A DNA stretch of 64,000 nucleotides, from positions 4,832,001 through 4,896,000 of the forward strand of contig CBDCTK010000002.1 of the NCBI GenBank assembly GCA_965222225.1, read 5' to 3'. The notes under the pieces are model-generated. The model was not told where the DNA came from, did no database searches, and saw nothing but the letters and a program-made list of their open reading frames with translations. Origin of the DNA: Candidatus Poribacteria bacterium. GTDB lineage: Bacteria; Poribacteria; WGA-4E; JAJDTR01. The position numbers and the translations under genes were made by a program. Shown here piece by piece: positions 30,610-41,185 of the stretch. Each line of letters opens with the position of its first letter. The first letter of the stretch is position 1.

Positions 30610-32906
30610 TGGGGAACGTGACGATGGATATCGAGCGTAGATGGAAGATTTTGAACCTACTCTTTTTCCTAGGGATTGTGGCGTTCATGACGTTGACCTC
30701 CAGTGCGATTGACTTGCAATCTGCCTCTCTACAGAGCAAGCAAAGAGCTAACACTCAAGCTAAGGCGTCGGCTATGTCAGCCGGGCATCAGAAGATGTTG
30801 GCGCTGCTTGATCGGATTGCCGATAGAACTCCTGATGAAAACCCCTATCTTGGTGATAAAATTGCTCGTACGCTACGCAAGCAGATCGCTTCTTTGCCCG
30901 CAACTACATCAAATCCAATCAAATGGAGGCTTAATATGCAGGCGGGCGAGAAAGAGCTTCGTCTCGGCAATGAAGCCGATGCCATCAACCACTACATAGA
31001 AGCTCTGGAGTTTACCCGGTCAGCCCGCGATGGAGTCCCGCCACACGCCGTGCTCGAGTCTCATTTCTATCTTGGCCTTGCCTACATGAGGATGGCGGAG
31101 ACACAGAATTGTTGTCTCCGCCACACCCCTGAAAGTTGCATACTTCCTATTCAAGGTAATGGGATTCACACACAGCAAGACCCTTCGCGGCAGGCGATTT
31201 CGCATTTTACTGAAGTCCTTAAACGCACAACCGAGAAGTCTCCGCTTGTCTTTTCTCTCGGTGCGAGATGGTTGCTCAATATTTCTTACATGACTATTGG
31301 AACTTACCCCCACAAAGTGCCGCGGGAATACCTTATCCCGCCCCAAGCCTTCGAATCTGAGGAGGATATTTCACGTTTCAAGAACATCGCTCCAAATTTG
31401 GGGCTTGACGTTTTTGATTTGTCAGGAGGAGCAATCGCTGACGATTTTGACAATGATGGATACCTAGACATTGTTGTCTCGACTTGGGACGTGAAAGGAC
31501 AGATCCGGTTTTTCCGCAACAATCGCGACGGGACATTTTCTAATCGGACGAGACAAGCGGGGCTGTTGGGGTTATATGGTGGACTAAACCTAGTGCAGGC
31601 GGACTACGACAACGATGGGAATGTTGATATCTTGGTGCTACGGGGCGCTTGGCTGGGGAAGAATGGACGACACCCAAATTCTCTATTGCGTAACAATGGA
31701 GATGGATCCTTTACGGATTGCACCTTTGAAACCGGTTTGGGCGATGCGCATTACCCAACCCAGACCGCATCATGGGGCGATTACGATAATGATGGCGACC
31801 TAGATCTGTATATTGGCAATGAATCTTCGCAAGCATTCAGTGCCCCGTGTCAACTCTTCGAAAACAACGGTGATGGATCCTTTACTGATGTTGCAGGCAG
31901 GGCGCGAGTACAGAACCACCGTCTCGCCAAGTCAGTTATTTGGGGGGATTACAACAATGATCGGTTGCCTGACCTATACGTGTCAAATCTTAAGAAAGGC
32001 AACCGCCTGTACCGCAATAACGGGGATGGGACATTCACCGACGAGGCAAAGCGTCTTGACGTCCAATCACCGCAACGCAGTTTCCCCTCATGGTTCTGGG
32101 ATTTTGATAACGATGGCGCGCTTGATATCTACGTTTCCGCCTATTCTTCCGGCATTGAGCACGTGGCAGCGAATGCGCTCGGTTTGGCCGTGGACACAGG
32201 GATAGCACGTTTGTATCGCGGGGACGGGGGCAGTGGCTTCAGCGAAGTAGCAGACCAATGCAACTTGGTGAGTCCTACCGCACCGATGGGATCCAATTTC
32301 GGCGACCTTGACAACGACGGTTATCTTGATTTCTACCTCGGCACCGGATGGCCGCATTACATGGAACTCATGCCAAACGTCCTCTACCTCAATCAAGGCG
32401 GACAACGTTTTGCAAATGTTACCTACGCCGCCGGCTTTGGTCACCTACAGAAGGGGCATGCAGTTGTTTTCGCCGACTTCGATAACGATGGGGATCAGGA
32501 TATCTTTGAGCAGATGGGTGGGGCATACCCCGGCGACGGCTACAGCAACGCCCTGTATGAGAACCCCGGATTCGGAAGGAACTGGATTTCCATTAAATTA
32601 ATCGGCGTCCAATCAAATCGATCGGCGATTGGTGCACGCATCCATTTAAGAATACTCGAGAATGGGTCACGACGTTCAATCTACAAACACGTTAACAGTG
32701 GCGGTACATTTGGTTGCAATCCACTTCGACAGACAATCGGCCTAGGCAACTCCGAGCAAGTTGAACTGCTTCAGGTGTTTTGGCCCACCACAGGTCTCAC
32801 GCAGACCCTTGAGCGAGTAGCTTGTAATCAGTTCATTCGAATTGTTGAGGGGGCCCAGGAATACACAGAGCTGAAACTGAGAAGGCTGACACTAGGCGAG
32901 CCTTAG
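30609..32906 (+). CDS. CRTAC1-family protein with N-terminal TPR-like region
   Basis: Signal peptide, NCCLRH..ESCILP, DFDNDG repeats, SNRSAIGARI..IGLG..VFWP. Confidence 0.9.
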   Translation: MGNVTMDIERRWKILNLLFFLGIVAFMTLTSSAIDLQSASLQSKQRANTQAKASAMSAGHQKMLALLDRIADRTPDENPYLGDKIARTLRKQIASLPATTSNPIKWRLNMQAGEKELRLGNEADAINHYIEALEFTRSARDGVPPHAVLESHFYLGLAYMRMAETQNCCLRHTPESCILPIQGNGIHTQQDPSRQAISHFTEVLKRTTEKSPLVFSLGARWLLNISYMTIGTYPHKVPREYLIPPQAFESEEDISRFKNIAPNLGLDVFDLSGGAIADDFDNDGYLDIVVSTWDVKGQIRFFRNNRDGTFSNRTRQAGLLGLYGGLNLVQADYDNDGNVDILVLRGAWLGKNGRHPNSLLRNNGDGSFTDCTFETGLGDAHYPTQTASWGDYDNDGDLDLYIGNESSQAFSAPCQLFENNGDGSFTDVAGRARVQNHRLAKSVIWGDYNNDRLPDLYVSNLKKGNRLYRNNGDGTFTDEAKRLDVQSPQRSFPSWFWDFDNDGALDIYVSAYSSGIEHVAANALGLAVDTGIARLYRGDGGSGFSEVADQCNLVSPTAPMGSNFGDLDNDGYLDFYLGTGWPHYMELMPNVLYLNQGGQRFANVTYAAGFGHLQKGHAVVFADFDNDGDQDIFEQMGGAYPGDGYSNALYENPGFGRNWISIKLIGVQSNRSAIGARIHLRILENGSRRSIYKHVNSGGTFGCNPLRQTIGLGNSEQVELLQVFWPTTGLTQTLERVACNQFIRIVEGAQEYTELKLRRLTLGEP

Positions 32907-33049
32907 TACGCATCAATGAGCGCGCAGTATCCCCATGCGATTAGCCATTGGAGCGTCCAACTGGCAGACAGCGGAATACCCCCAAACTTTGCTAGCACTG
33001 CAACAGAGCAAGCATGGAGTTGCTTTTCATTCGCCTTCCCGCCGTGGTC

Positions 33050-33870
33050 TCACCACACAGTAACACCGTCGTCCACAATCAGCGGGTGTTGATATCTGTA
33101 GGGTGGTTCTAGAGCGGCCTGTTGTGCTTCGGTTAGCCCTGAAACCCATTCCGGCAATCGGGTCTCATAGGTGCCGGTGACATAGCTCAGGTACTTTGTG
33201 TATCGGAAAAGCAGAGTCCGTCTCTCACCTTTCCCTTTCCAAGGCAGGGTGCCGTGGGTTGTCGCCCCGTCAAAGATGACGAGATCTCCCGCTTTGAGGG
33301 CAGGTTGAAACACCAATTCTTGGTTGGCTTCCAACGTCATAATATCATCCGGCGCCTCAAAGTTGGCTTTGTGGCTACCGGGTATGGCGCAGAGACCATC
33401 ATCGCCGGGATTAACGTCGGTCAACGCATACTGGAAAACTATTAGCCCGCAACGCATACGTCCATTCTGATAGGCGTAAAAACGGGAACTGTTAAACGTC
33501 AAGTTGCCGGAGCCGTGCAGTTTCAAACCCTCGCAGCCATCCACAGAATTCAGCAAGTCAACCCCGTGGTCTAGCTTCCATCCACGCCCCAGCATGGTGT
33601 TGAGATACGGTATGACTTTGGGGGTGAGACAGCATATCGCGGAAGGGTTGACACCAAGACTGCTCCCACGTCAACATGCCTTGTAATGTCGAAATGGACT
33701 GAATCGTTCCTCAAGCGGTCTTCTCTCCCAGTTTCCACTTATGGTGTTCGGGTTTCCAAGCTCCCCTGGGACGTTGTTTGGATAAAACACGCGATGTTTG
33801 AATTGATCCAACTGCGATTACGAGTTAATATCATTGACTTGGCTGAAAGTATTCTGGATTTGCCGTGAAT
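33050..33870 (-). pseudogene. PhyH-family Fe(II)/2OG dioxygenase, 5' part degenerate
   Basis: LDHG, LHGSG, IPGSHK, KAGD, HGTLPW, RR.L; the upstream GMLTWEQ.WCQPFRDMLSHP is out of frame. Confidence 0.7.
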
Positions 33871-34088
33871 TTGCAGCCGAAATCACACACAAATGAAAAA
33901 AATGAATGTCCTCTGCATGGATTGAGGCATCGGTAGAATTCCTTGTCGACTTCCATAATCGTACGGGGTTGTTTCTTTCCCTGCTCGATCCAAATCTTTG
34001 ATGTATCATAGTTAAGATTATGCAAGCCACAGTCGGACCCCTACTCTTGAGACACATGGGCTTCAAGCAAGCAGGTTTCGCGCAGAGG

Positions 34089-36521
34089 CTATTTGCCCAG
34101 TTTGTTGCTCTGTAAATGAAGTTTTGCTCTCTGTTCTTTTGTCACTCGTTCCGCCCCCTCATCGGTGTAAACCACATGCGGCGTGATAAATACCATTAAT
34201 TCTGTCTTCTCGACCCGCGTGTCCGTCCGTCGGAAGAGTTTGCCAAGCAATGGAATGTCTCCCAAAAATGCGATTTTGTGAACGCTCTCGGTCTTGTCGT
34301 CCTTAATCATCCCGCCGATAACCATGGTTTGTCTGTCGTTAATTGTGACTGAGGCGGTCGCTTCCCGCGTCGAGATAATCGGAGCGTCAAACAGTGTAAA
34401 CTCAATGAGACTGCTAATCTGTTGATTCAGGTCGAGAGAGACTGTCCCCGATCTGTTAATCCGCGGTGTAACGGTGAGGATAACGCCGACATTCCGAAAG
34501 TCCGTACTGGTCAAGACACCCCCGGTAGCAGTCTCCTGCGTGCTGACCAAGAAAGGGACTTCTTGTCCAACATTGATAATCGCCTCTCGGTTGTTCTTGG
34601 TCATAATCCGCGGCGTGGAGAGGATATTAACCTTCGTGTCCTTCGTCAGAGCATGAAGCAAGGTGTCTAGCTTGTCGGAGAGAATCCCGTATTTCAGACC
34701 GAAAATCTCTTCAGCCAACCCGAAATCGGTTGTCCCATTTTGACGATGGGTCTCATTATTAATAGTTGTTCTCTGTTCCCACATCCACTCGACCCCAAAG
34801 GCGCTTTCATCGTCAAGCGTTACTTCAATAATCTGCGCTTCAATCAGTACTTGGGGAAGTAGAACGTCAAGATGTTTAATGAGGTTTTCAACGGAGGGGA
34901 AGTTTCGGACAAACGTGGTAATGAGAAGAGAATTCGTGTCTTCATCAGCGACAATTTTCACGTTACCCGTCAGTCCTCGCGCGGCATCGGCGGTTTGCGC
35001 GCCAGATCCCAACGCGCCCGTGGAAAAGGCTCCTCCGCCAAATCGTCCTCCGAACCCACCGCCGAATCCTCCTCCAAATCCGCCTCCGATATTAGTACGG
35101 GCCGTCGCTTGACGTTCAAAGAGTTCGGTCGACAGTAGTTCGTTGAGTACAGTTTCCAAGTTGGCTGCGTTCGCATGTTCGAGAACAAAAACTCGTGTGT
35201 CCTCGGCGAAGTCCGCGATGTCACGATCGAGCTGCTCAATTAACTTCCCGACGGCCTCCATCTGCTGGGTTGTCGTTGTAACCATTACCGAGTTGGTACG
35301 AGCATCTGGAACCGCGGTTAACTCCGGTAGACCGAGTACTCCTTGACCGCTTTGTTCACTAGACCTCTGCTGTTGCTCAAGAAAAAAGCGTCTTCCTCTA
35401 CCGCCGAAGCCACCAAAACCTCCGAATCCCCCGCCGGTAAATGCGTTTTGGGCTGAACTGGAAAATGCTTGGTTCAGTTCATTGGCAATCTCCGTGGCAT
35501 CTCCATATTTTAGGGAGAACACCCGCGTTTCTGGCTGTGAAAAACGTTGCGTGTCCAGTTCTTTTACTAGCTCTCGGATGACTGCGAGATTCTGTTGGCT
35601 AGCAGACACAATCAGCGAGTTGGTGTTTTCATCGGCAATCGCTTTGACTTCACCGAGCAGTTGAAGCGCACCGCCTTCTGTGGGACTGGTTTGATCGGCT
35701 TGGCCGCCTCCATCTCCCCCAAACCTCTGGGTGCCGCCAAATGAACCGCGCCCGCCGAACCCACCGCGACGCCCACGCTGTTGTCGCTCCTGTTCCGCAG
35801 CTGCTGCGGCATCCTTCGGTCTTTCATACAGTTTGGTGATGACTTCAGCTAAGTTCGCGGCGTCCGAATATTGAAGTGAAAACACCTCAATCTTGACGCG
35901 GTCCGCCATCGACACATCCAGTTGCTGGACAATCTCAGCCAGTCTCTTGATTTGTGCCGACGACGCGGTGATAATTAACGTATTACTTCGACCATAAGCG
36001 GTCATCACTCCATATTGCGGTACAAAATCCTTAAGGTCTTTTACTAACTGTGTGGCATCCGCGGAGCTAAGAGGCAGTACCTGCGTGACAATGGTATCGC
36101 TCGGCTTAATGCCTTGCGGGTCACTCCCAATCTGTATCGGAGTGGCTTCTAGTTTTGCCTCCTCTAACGGGACGATTTTTGCGCTGTTTCCGTTGACTAT
36201 GCTAGTGTATCCTTTGATTGCTAGAACAGCGTTCAGCACCGCAAACGCTTCTTCCACGGGCATGTCATCGGGGCTAATAATGGTTACACGCATATCCAAA
36301 TCTGCCGATTTGACAACCGTATAACCGGTCACCTCGGAAAGAAATTCAAGCACATGGTCGACCGAAGCGTCTTTGAAACGCATGGAGATACGTCGTGGTT
36401 CGACTTCTTTTTCGGCTATTGCATTGTCGCCAACCTCACATATACACACCCTACCGACGACAATCAGCATAAAACATAGGGAAAATGTCCATCTCATGGT
36501 GTTAGTCATTGAGTTAGTCAT
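34089..36521 (-). CDS. gspD: Type II secretion secretin (GspD-like) with FG-rich loops
   Basis: N0 domain, four KH-like N domains, QVLIEAQIIEV, ILSTPRI, VGQEVP, GVILTVTPRIN, LGDIPLLGKLF, ELMVFITP. Confidence 0.9.
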   Translation of the reverse strand: MTNSMTNTMRWTFSLCFMLIVVGRVCICEVGDNAIAEKEVEPRRISMRFKDASVDHVLEFLSEVTGYTVVKSADLDMRVTIISPDDMPVEEAFAVLNAVLAIKGYTSIVNGNSAKIVPLEEAKLEATPIQIGSDPQGIKPSDTIVTQVLPLSSADATQLVKDLKDFVPQYGVMTAYGRSNTLIITASSAQIKRLAEIVQQLDVSMADRVKIEVFSLQYSDAANLAEVITKLYERPKDAAAAAEQERQQRGRRGGFGGRGSFGGTQRFGGDGGGQADQTSPTEGGALQLLGEVKAIADENTNSLIVSASQQNLAVIRELVKELDTQRFSQPETRVFSLKYGDATEIANELNQAFSSSAQNAFTGGGFGGFGGFGGRGRRFFLEQQQRSSEQSGQGVLGLPELTAVPDARTNSVMVTTTTQQMEAVGKLIEQLDRDIADFAEDTRVFVLEHANAANLETVLNELLSTELFERQATARTNIGGGFGGGFGGGFGGRFGGGAFSTGALGSGAQTADAARGLTGNVKIVADEDTNSLLITTFVRNFPSVENLIKHLDVLLPQVLIEAQIIEVTLDDESAFGVEWMWEQRTTINNETHRQNGTTDFGLAEEIFGLKYGILSDKLDTLLHALTKDTKVNILSTPRIMTKNNREAIINVGQEVPFLVSTQETATGGVLTSTDFRNVGVILTVTPRINRSGTVSLDLNQQISSLIEFTLFDAPIISTREATASVTINDRQTMVIGGMIKDDKTESVHKIAFLGDIPLLGKLFRRTDTRVEKTELMVFITPHVVYTDEGAERVTKEQRAKLHLQSNKLGK

Positions 36522-37171
36522 TGATTCAATTCGTTTCTCCTCTTTTCGCGCATTCGTTCAATCAAGTCCTGTGCAGTATTGTTGCTTTCTGACGGCTCTT
36601 CAAGTTTTTTCTGCTGTCTGGTGACCGTCCCAAAGATAACCCGCCCATCTGTTCCGTACTCAATACGCTCCCCCAGTGCGAGTTGTACGGCCATTTCTCC
36701 ACGTGCTAAGGTAATATGGTTCGGATAAATCTCCTGTACCGTAGTATCTTTGAGTGCCTCTCCTCGGCGGAGAAACATGCCCGTCCTTATGTTTTGGTCT
36801 TCTACGACAGCGAAAAAGTATGGCCCCTTCTTCACGATTCCTGTCAGTGCAAGCCCGTATGTGGGCAATGGGGACAGTGCATCATCAACAAGCTCAGATA
36901 TGGGAGTTGGGTTTTGTTGTACCGGCGGGCCGATGTCGCGTTTCCAGCCAAGGGGACGAAAAAGATTGTTTTCGACAATAATGTCATAATTCTTCGGTTC
37001 CCGATTTATAGGAAATACCGCCTCTGCTTTGGAAGCAGTAGATCTAGAAGGGACAATGCGTCGCTCTGACTGAATCGGTACAGAAGCCGCTTTTCGCCAA
37101 ACGACACCGAGAATTACGAAGCATGCGATTAACCCTAAGATTGCCACGCAGAGAATTTTTGCCTTCTTCAA
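36518..37171 (-). CDS. GspC-like (T2SS protein C HR domain) membrane-anchored protein
   Basis: N-terminal TM; IVENNLFRP, LALTGIV...AVVED...RRGE.....VQEI.PNHITL; overlaps the secretin start; probable TTG start 37171. Confidence 0.65.
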   Translation of the reverse strand: MKKAKILCVAILGLIACFVILGVVWRKAASVPIQSERRIVPSRSTASKAEAVFPINREPKNYDIIVENNLFRPLGWKRDIGPPVQQNPTPISELVDDALSPLPTYGLALTGIVKKGPYFFAVVEDQNIRTGMFLRRGEALKDTTVQEIYPNHITLARGEMAVQLALGERIEYGTDGRVIFGTVTRQQKKLEEPSESNNTAQDLIERMREKRRNELNQ

Positions 37172-37196
37172 TGTTTTGACCGCCCTGAATATCGGA

Positions 37197-37547
37197 TTAC
37201 CGCCATTGGCCCGCGATCCAAACCTAGCCGCCCGGGCGCCTTTCCCAACGACCAGCAACCCAGGCACCACGAGGACTTCGCTCCCAGTTACCGCCTACCC
37301 AAACGTGTTTTCTTCCTGTCCAACGCCAATGCCCGCCAATTCAAACTGCTTTAGGACTCGATTTAGGTGATGGATTCTCGACAATCGGGGCTGGCGGAGA
37401 TTCCTGAACATAAACTATCCCAGCTCGCACAACCTTCCTTCGGCAGATTGGATAAACCGTACACTCGACTGACGTAACCAGCAAACTGGCAATCATCAGT
37501 AACGAGATACCCATCTAGCATTTTCCGATGTATTGTCGATTGTTTAT
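37197..37547 (-). pseudogene. WXXGXW/YXWGXW-repeat exported protein with nonsense mutations
   Basis: One frame reads ...VQESPPAPIVENPSPKSSPKAV*IGGHWRWTGRKHVWVGGNWERSPRGAWVAGRWERRPGG*VWIAGQWR; not in the ORF track. Confidence 0.8.
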
Positions 37548-37588
37548 TATGATTATCCTACTTCTTGTTTTTGCGAGATTATGACTGA

Positions 37589-38119
37589 TTATCCATCAAA
37601 AGCGCCAAATCTACCACCACCACGTCTGCGGTTTCCGCCTAATCCACCCCCTCGGCCGATTTTGGGCAATTTTAGTTCGGGCAGTTTGATGTCGGCAAAC
37701 TTCTCCCGCTGTTCTTCGTCAAGTATAACTTGCATTTCTGCAACTAAAGCGTCAATCTGATTTTGATAATCTTTGCGTTGTTGATAGAACGACTGCATCT
37801 TCGCTTGCAAACCGCCACGCATTCCGGTGCCTCTGCTACCTCCGAATCTGGCACCGCCACCAAATCCAGCGGCACCACCGCGCATCTGGTTTCGCCTCTC
37901 CGTCAACTCCGATTCCAACGTTTTTTTCTCTAATTCGTAATCCTCAACGATTTTCTCAATCTGTTGTATTTTGGCGTGAGCCACCTCACGCTGGTTTACT
38001 GAAAGTTGCAAGGTTTTTGAGGTCTTTTCGATGTCTAGCAATTTTGTGCTGCCACAACCAGACACCGCAAAAATCGTGATGGCAAAGGTAAGTCCAATAT
38101 GTAATTTCCGGAATACCAT
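37589..38119 (-). CDS. Lipoprotein, helical Spy/CpxP-like, with FGG/RGG-rich segments
   Basis: Lipobox AVSGC; LQLSVNQ and ILDEEQREKF resemble LTxxQ motifs; GAGGA SD. Confidence 0.7.
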   Translation of the reverse strand: MVFRKLHIGLTFAITIFAVSGCGSTKLLDIEKTSKTLQLSVNQREVAHAKIQQIEKIVEDYELEKKTLESELTERRNQMRGGAAGFGGGARFGGSRGTGMRGGLQAKMQSFYQQRKDYQNQIDALVAEMQVILDEEQREKFADIKLPELKLPKIGRGGGLGGNRRRGGGRFGAFDG

Positions 38120-38158
38120 CCGTTTTTCTCCTCTTGTGTCCAATCATATGGTGAATAA

Positions 38159-38182
38159 GGGGAAAACGCTATCGTTTCCCCC
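38159..38182 (-). terminator. Intra-operon hairpin
   Basis: GGGGAAACG-ATAG-CGTTTTCCCC followed by TTATT on the minus strand. Confidence 0.5.
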
Positions 38183-38207
38183 CGGCTGACTCGCTCACAT
38201 TTAGATA

Positions 38208-38816
38208 TTACTGATTGCGGCGAGTTCTGTCACCTCTTCGTCCATCACCGCCACCTGGTCGCCCCCGACGGCCGCCGAATCCTCCGAATCCTCCGCTATT
38301 GTTCACAATTCCTGCAATGGTCAATTGGGCTTCTTGGCGCACGGTGAGAAGTTCAACCACACCCGCCTGCAATGAATCGGATTTTGTTTTCTGCTGGCTC
38401 TGCTTCGCTTTGAGGGCGTCGAGCGCGGACTTAATCTTTGCATTATCCCCGCTATCAACCGCAGTACGAAGCGCCTCTACCAACGGCCGCAAGTCTCGAC
38501 GTCGTTCAATCTGATGCTCCGTAATTGCCTTAATTCTAGGAACCAAGACAGTTTTCTCATCTTCAGATAGGTTCAACTCCTCAATCGCTCGCTGGGTTTG
38601 TCTCTCGACCATCTCTTCAAGGTTGAATTGTCCTCTCTGTTCGCCTCCCCGATTTCCGCGACCCTGTTCTCCGCGGTTAGAACGATCAGGGCGCGTATCC
38701 TCTTGTGCGGAGATGTAATATGCACTGGTAAACACGAATCCCACGATAAATATAAGCGTGAGTGGGCGCGTCATTTCTTGCCTTGATAGATTCATTTTCT
38801 TCAGAATACGAAACAT
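38208..38816 (-). CDS. Exported helical Spy/CpxP-like protein with FGG/RGG tails
   Basis: GGAGGA SD before ATG 38816; signal peptide; LNLSEDE and LLTVRQEAQL motifs. Confidence 0.7.
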   Translation of the reverse strand: MFRILKKMNLSRQEMTRPLTLIFIVGFVFTSAYYISAQEDTRPDRSNRGEQGRGNRGGEQRGQFNLEEMVERQTQRAIEELNLSEDEKTVLVPRIKAITEHQIERRRDLRPLVEALRTAVDSGDNAKIKSALDALKAKQSQQKTKSDSLQAGVVELLTVRQEAQLTIAGIVNNSGGFGGFGGRRGRPGGGDGRRGDRTRRNQ

Positions 38817-38883
38817 GGTGATTTCCTCCATTATTATGTGAGTGGGTTGATTTGAGCATGATTGACGCGTTTTGCTCAGGATG

Positions 38884-38910
38884 TTAGACAGACAGTAATG
38901 GCAAAAGTTC
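38884..38910 (-). promoter_or_regulatory. ECF sigmaE-type promoter
   Basis: GAACTT-N16-TCTAA on the minus strand, about 70 bp upstream of ATG 38816. Confidence 0.65.
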
Positions 38911-39074
38911 GGAGTTATTTTCAAAGTGTATCAATTAGCGGATATTTTTCAGTTTTTTGCCCCTCCTGAATAACCCAACCTGGGCAGAATTGGGAGAGGG
39001 AATTCCAATTACGGTGACTCAATGCTCAAAAGGAGGGTTTATTAAAATCTTCAAGTATTCCTATCCAGATTCTA

Positions 39075-39103
39075 TTGGAATTCTTGTAGTTTCTCGCTAT
39101 AAT
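39075..39103 (+). promoter_or_regulatory. Putative sigma70 promoter of the ankyrin gene
   Basis: TTGGAA-N17-TATAAT. Confidence 0.4.
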
Positions 39104-39188
39104 GAAATAGACCTTGTTGAATACACCAAAGCATTGTCAATTCTCTATACATGCGCATTAAGGCCCTTTTTATTCTTAAATTTTATTC

Positions 39189-40919
39189 TTGGACTCAAAA
39201 CTAGAAGTCGCCCACCGTATCCCAATGCCGAAGGCGAATCATTTTACTTCTACAATGCCTACTACGGATTCTAACACAGACAACCGCACGTCCCAAGAAA
39301 AGATTGACGCGATCCTTCGTCCCAAGTGGTGTATCACTTCTGACAAGGGCCGGTTATACTGGGATTTAATCTGTGCTGCTATCCGTAATGACGTTAAGGC
39401 AATTCGCAACCACTTGAAGGAGGAGCCGGATTGTGCCAGGCTAGAGTTTTGGTACACACCTCCCATCCACTTTGCTGTCCGCGAAGGCAATTTGGATGCG
39501 GCTCGACTACTTTGGGAGGCGTATCCGTACGACGAAGTCACAAATCTAATCAGGATGGCGGAAGATCGCGGTCGCGTTGATGTTGCAAGCTACTTGCGCA
39601 CCTCCATCGGCACGGAGATTCGAGGTACCAACCTCCGGCTACACCAAGCCGTGGAAGCCGGGAATCAAGAGGAGGTTGAACGCCTGTTAGCCGAGGTTCC
39701 GGAAATCGGTGTACACCGTGATGAAAAAGGGCGGACAGCACTGCACGTTGCGGCGATTGCCAACAATCACGAGGCGGTGCGTGCGCTACTGGCAAACGGC
39801 ATTGATATTGATGCCATGGATCACTTCGGCTTTCGTGCGGTTCATTACGCCTGTTGGACAAATCTATATTGGACACTGGCACAGGAAAGCGACGGATTGT
39901 TACAGATGTTGCTTGACACAGGAGCAGCCGACAGTCCGACTCTAGCGGCTGCCCGCGGCGATTTGGATGCTGTGCGTGCCTTCGTCGCGGCGAATCCGAC
40001 AGCGGTTAATGATGGTGAGACACTTCAGAAGCGCCCGCTCTCTTCCGCCGTAGAGCGAGGTCGCCGCAACATTGTGCATTTCCTTCTCGACCACGGCGCA
40101 GATCCATCGCTGCCGGAAGGCCGGATGTGTCCGCACGGTTCCGCTCTAATGACCGCCTCGGTGAAAAACGACGTTGAAATGGCGCGATGGCTGCTTGAGG
40201 CTGGTGCCGACCCTAACGGAAACGTTGACTCATCGGGCGCTCCGGCAATACGTGCCTCGTCCGATGCGATGCGCGGACTCATGTATGAATACGGTGGACG
40301 CACCGGGACAGCGTGGGGATTCGCACAAAGCGGAAATCTTGAGACTTTGGCGGCGATCCTGCGCTATTGCGACGATCCGTTTTCGGGCGAGGAGAACGAA
40401 TACCTAACGACACCGTATACCGCCATCATTAGCGGTTGCAAGCGCCGATTGGATAAGAAACAGAGCACCGACGCCCATGAGGCGATGCTGAACATGTTCT
40501 TGCGGCGGGGTTACCCGATGCCAACGGTGCTTACCGAGTGCAAAACCTACCTCTACCATATACCGCACATGACGCGGCAATTGCTGATTCATGGACTAGA
40601 TCCGAACCTGCCTGACTGGCATCGGCGTACTCCATTACACGATCTAAGTGCGGGAATCCGGCACGTAGACGACACTCCAGAATTGATGCAGCTCTTTATC
40701 GACCAAGGTGCCGACATTGACGCAATTGACGAGGAGGACCGCTCTACGCCATTAGGCATAGCCGCCCGCGAAGGACATACGGATCTTGTCAATCTATTGC
40801 TCTCCAACGGTGCCGACCCAAATGCGACGAGAGCAAATTGGGCAACGCCGCTCGCTTGGGCGGAGCGCCGAGGTCACGAGAAAATCGCGTCGATGTTGCG
40901 CGCACGTGGGGCAGTCTAA
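39189..40919 (+). CDS. Ankyrin repeat protein (start uncertain, possibly 39225 or later)
   Basis: Many GxTALHxAA / TPLxxAA...LL..GADPN repeats. Confidence 0.9.
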   Translation: MDSKLEVAHRIPMPKANHFTSTMPTTDSNTDNRTSQEKIDAILRPKWCITSDKGRLYWDLICAAIRNDVKAIRNHLKEEPDCARLEFWYTPPIHFAVREGNLDAARLLWEAYPYDEVTNLIRMAEDRGRVDVASYLRTSIGTEIRGTNLRLHQAVEAGNQEEVERLLAEVPEIGVHRDEKGRTALHVAAIANNHEAVRALLANGIDIDAMDHFGFRAVHYACWTNLYWTLAQESDGLLQMLLDTGAADSPTLAAARGDLDAVRAFVAANPTAVNDGETLQKRPLSSAVERGRRNIVHFLLDHGADPSLPEGRMCPHGSALMTASVKNDVEMARWLLEAGADPNGNVDSSGAPAIRASSDAMRGLMYEYGGRTGTAWGFAQSGNLETLAAILRYCDDPFSGEENEYLTTPYTAIISGCKRRLDKKQSTDAHEAMLNMFLRRGYPMPTVLTECKTYLYHIPHMTRQLLIHGLDPNLPDWHRRTPLHDLSAGIRHVDDTPELMQLFIDQGADIDAIDEEDRSTPLGIAAREGHTDLVNLLLSNGADPNATRANWATPLAWAERRGHEKIASMLRARGAV

Positions 40920-41016
40920 ACGCGTCACAACCCTGGCTGCCCTTTGCTGAAGTAACGGGAACCGGTGCGACGAAATCCCTCACCAGCACGTTAAAGCCCA
41001 CCAAAATTATCTAAGT

Positions 41017-41056
41017 TGCCTAAAATTCAGATGCGCCGATGCCTAAATTTTAGGCA
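41017..41056 (+). promoter_or_regulatory. Putative enhancer (NtrC-like bEBP binding sites)
   Basis: Perfect 17-bp palindrome TGCCTAAA-T-TTTAGGCA (41040-41056) plus an identical half-site at 41017, about 140 bp upstream of a sigma54 promoter. Confidence 0.6.
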
Positions 41057-41185
41057 AACCAATCAGAAATACCCCCTTCTCTTCTTGCTTGCCTCACCAC
41101 AACCAACTTCTCAACACCCCCATCATATAGGCACTTACCCGATTCTTCACTCCTCATCTGCCAATAACAGTGCGCCGATTACGGT

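Noticed and set aside
13716-37400. Stop-codon recoding (Sec, Pyl or an alternative code) suggested by in-frame TGA at 13716, TAG at 22244 and stops in the WXXGXW gene
   Set aside because: TGA and TAG both end many intact genes here, the affected positions are not catalytic Cys/Lys sites, and neighbouring lesions indicate decay.
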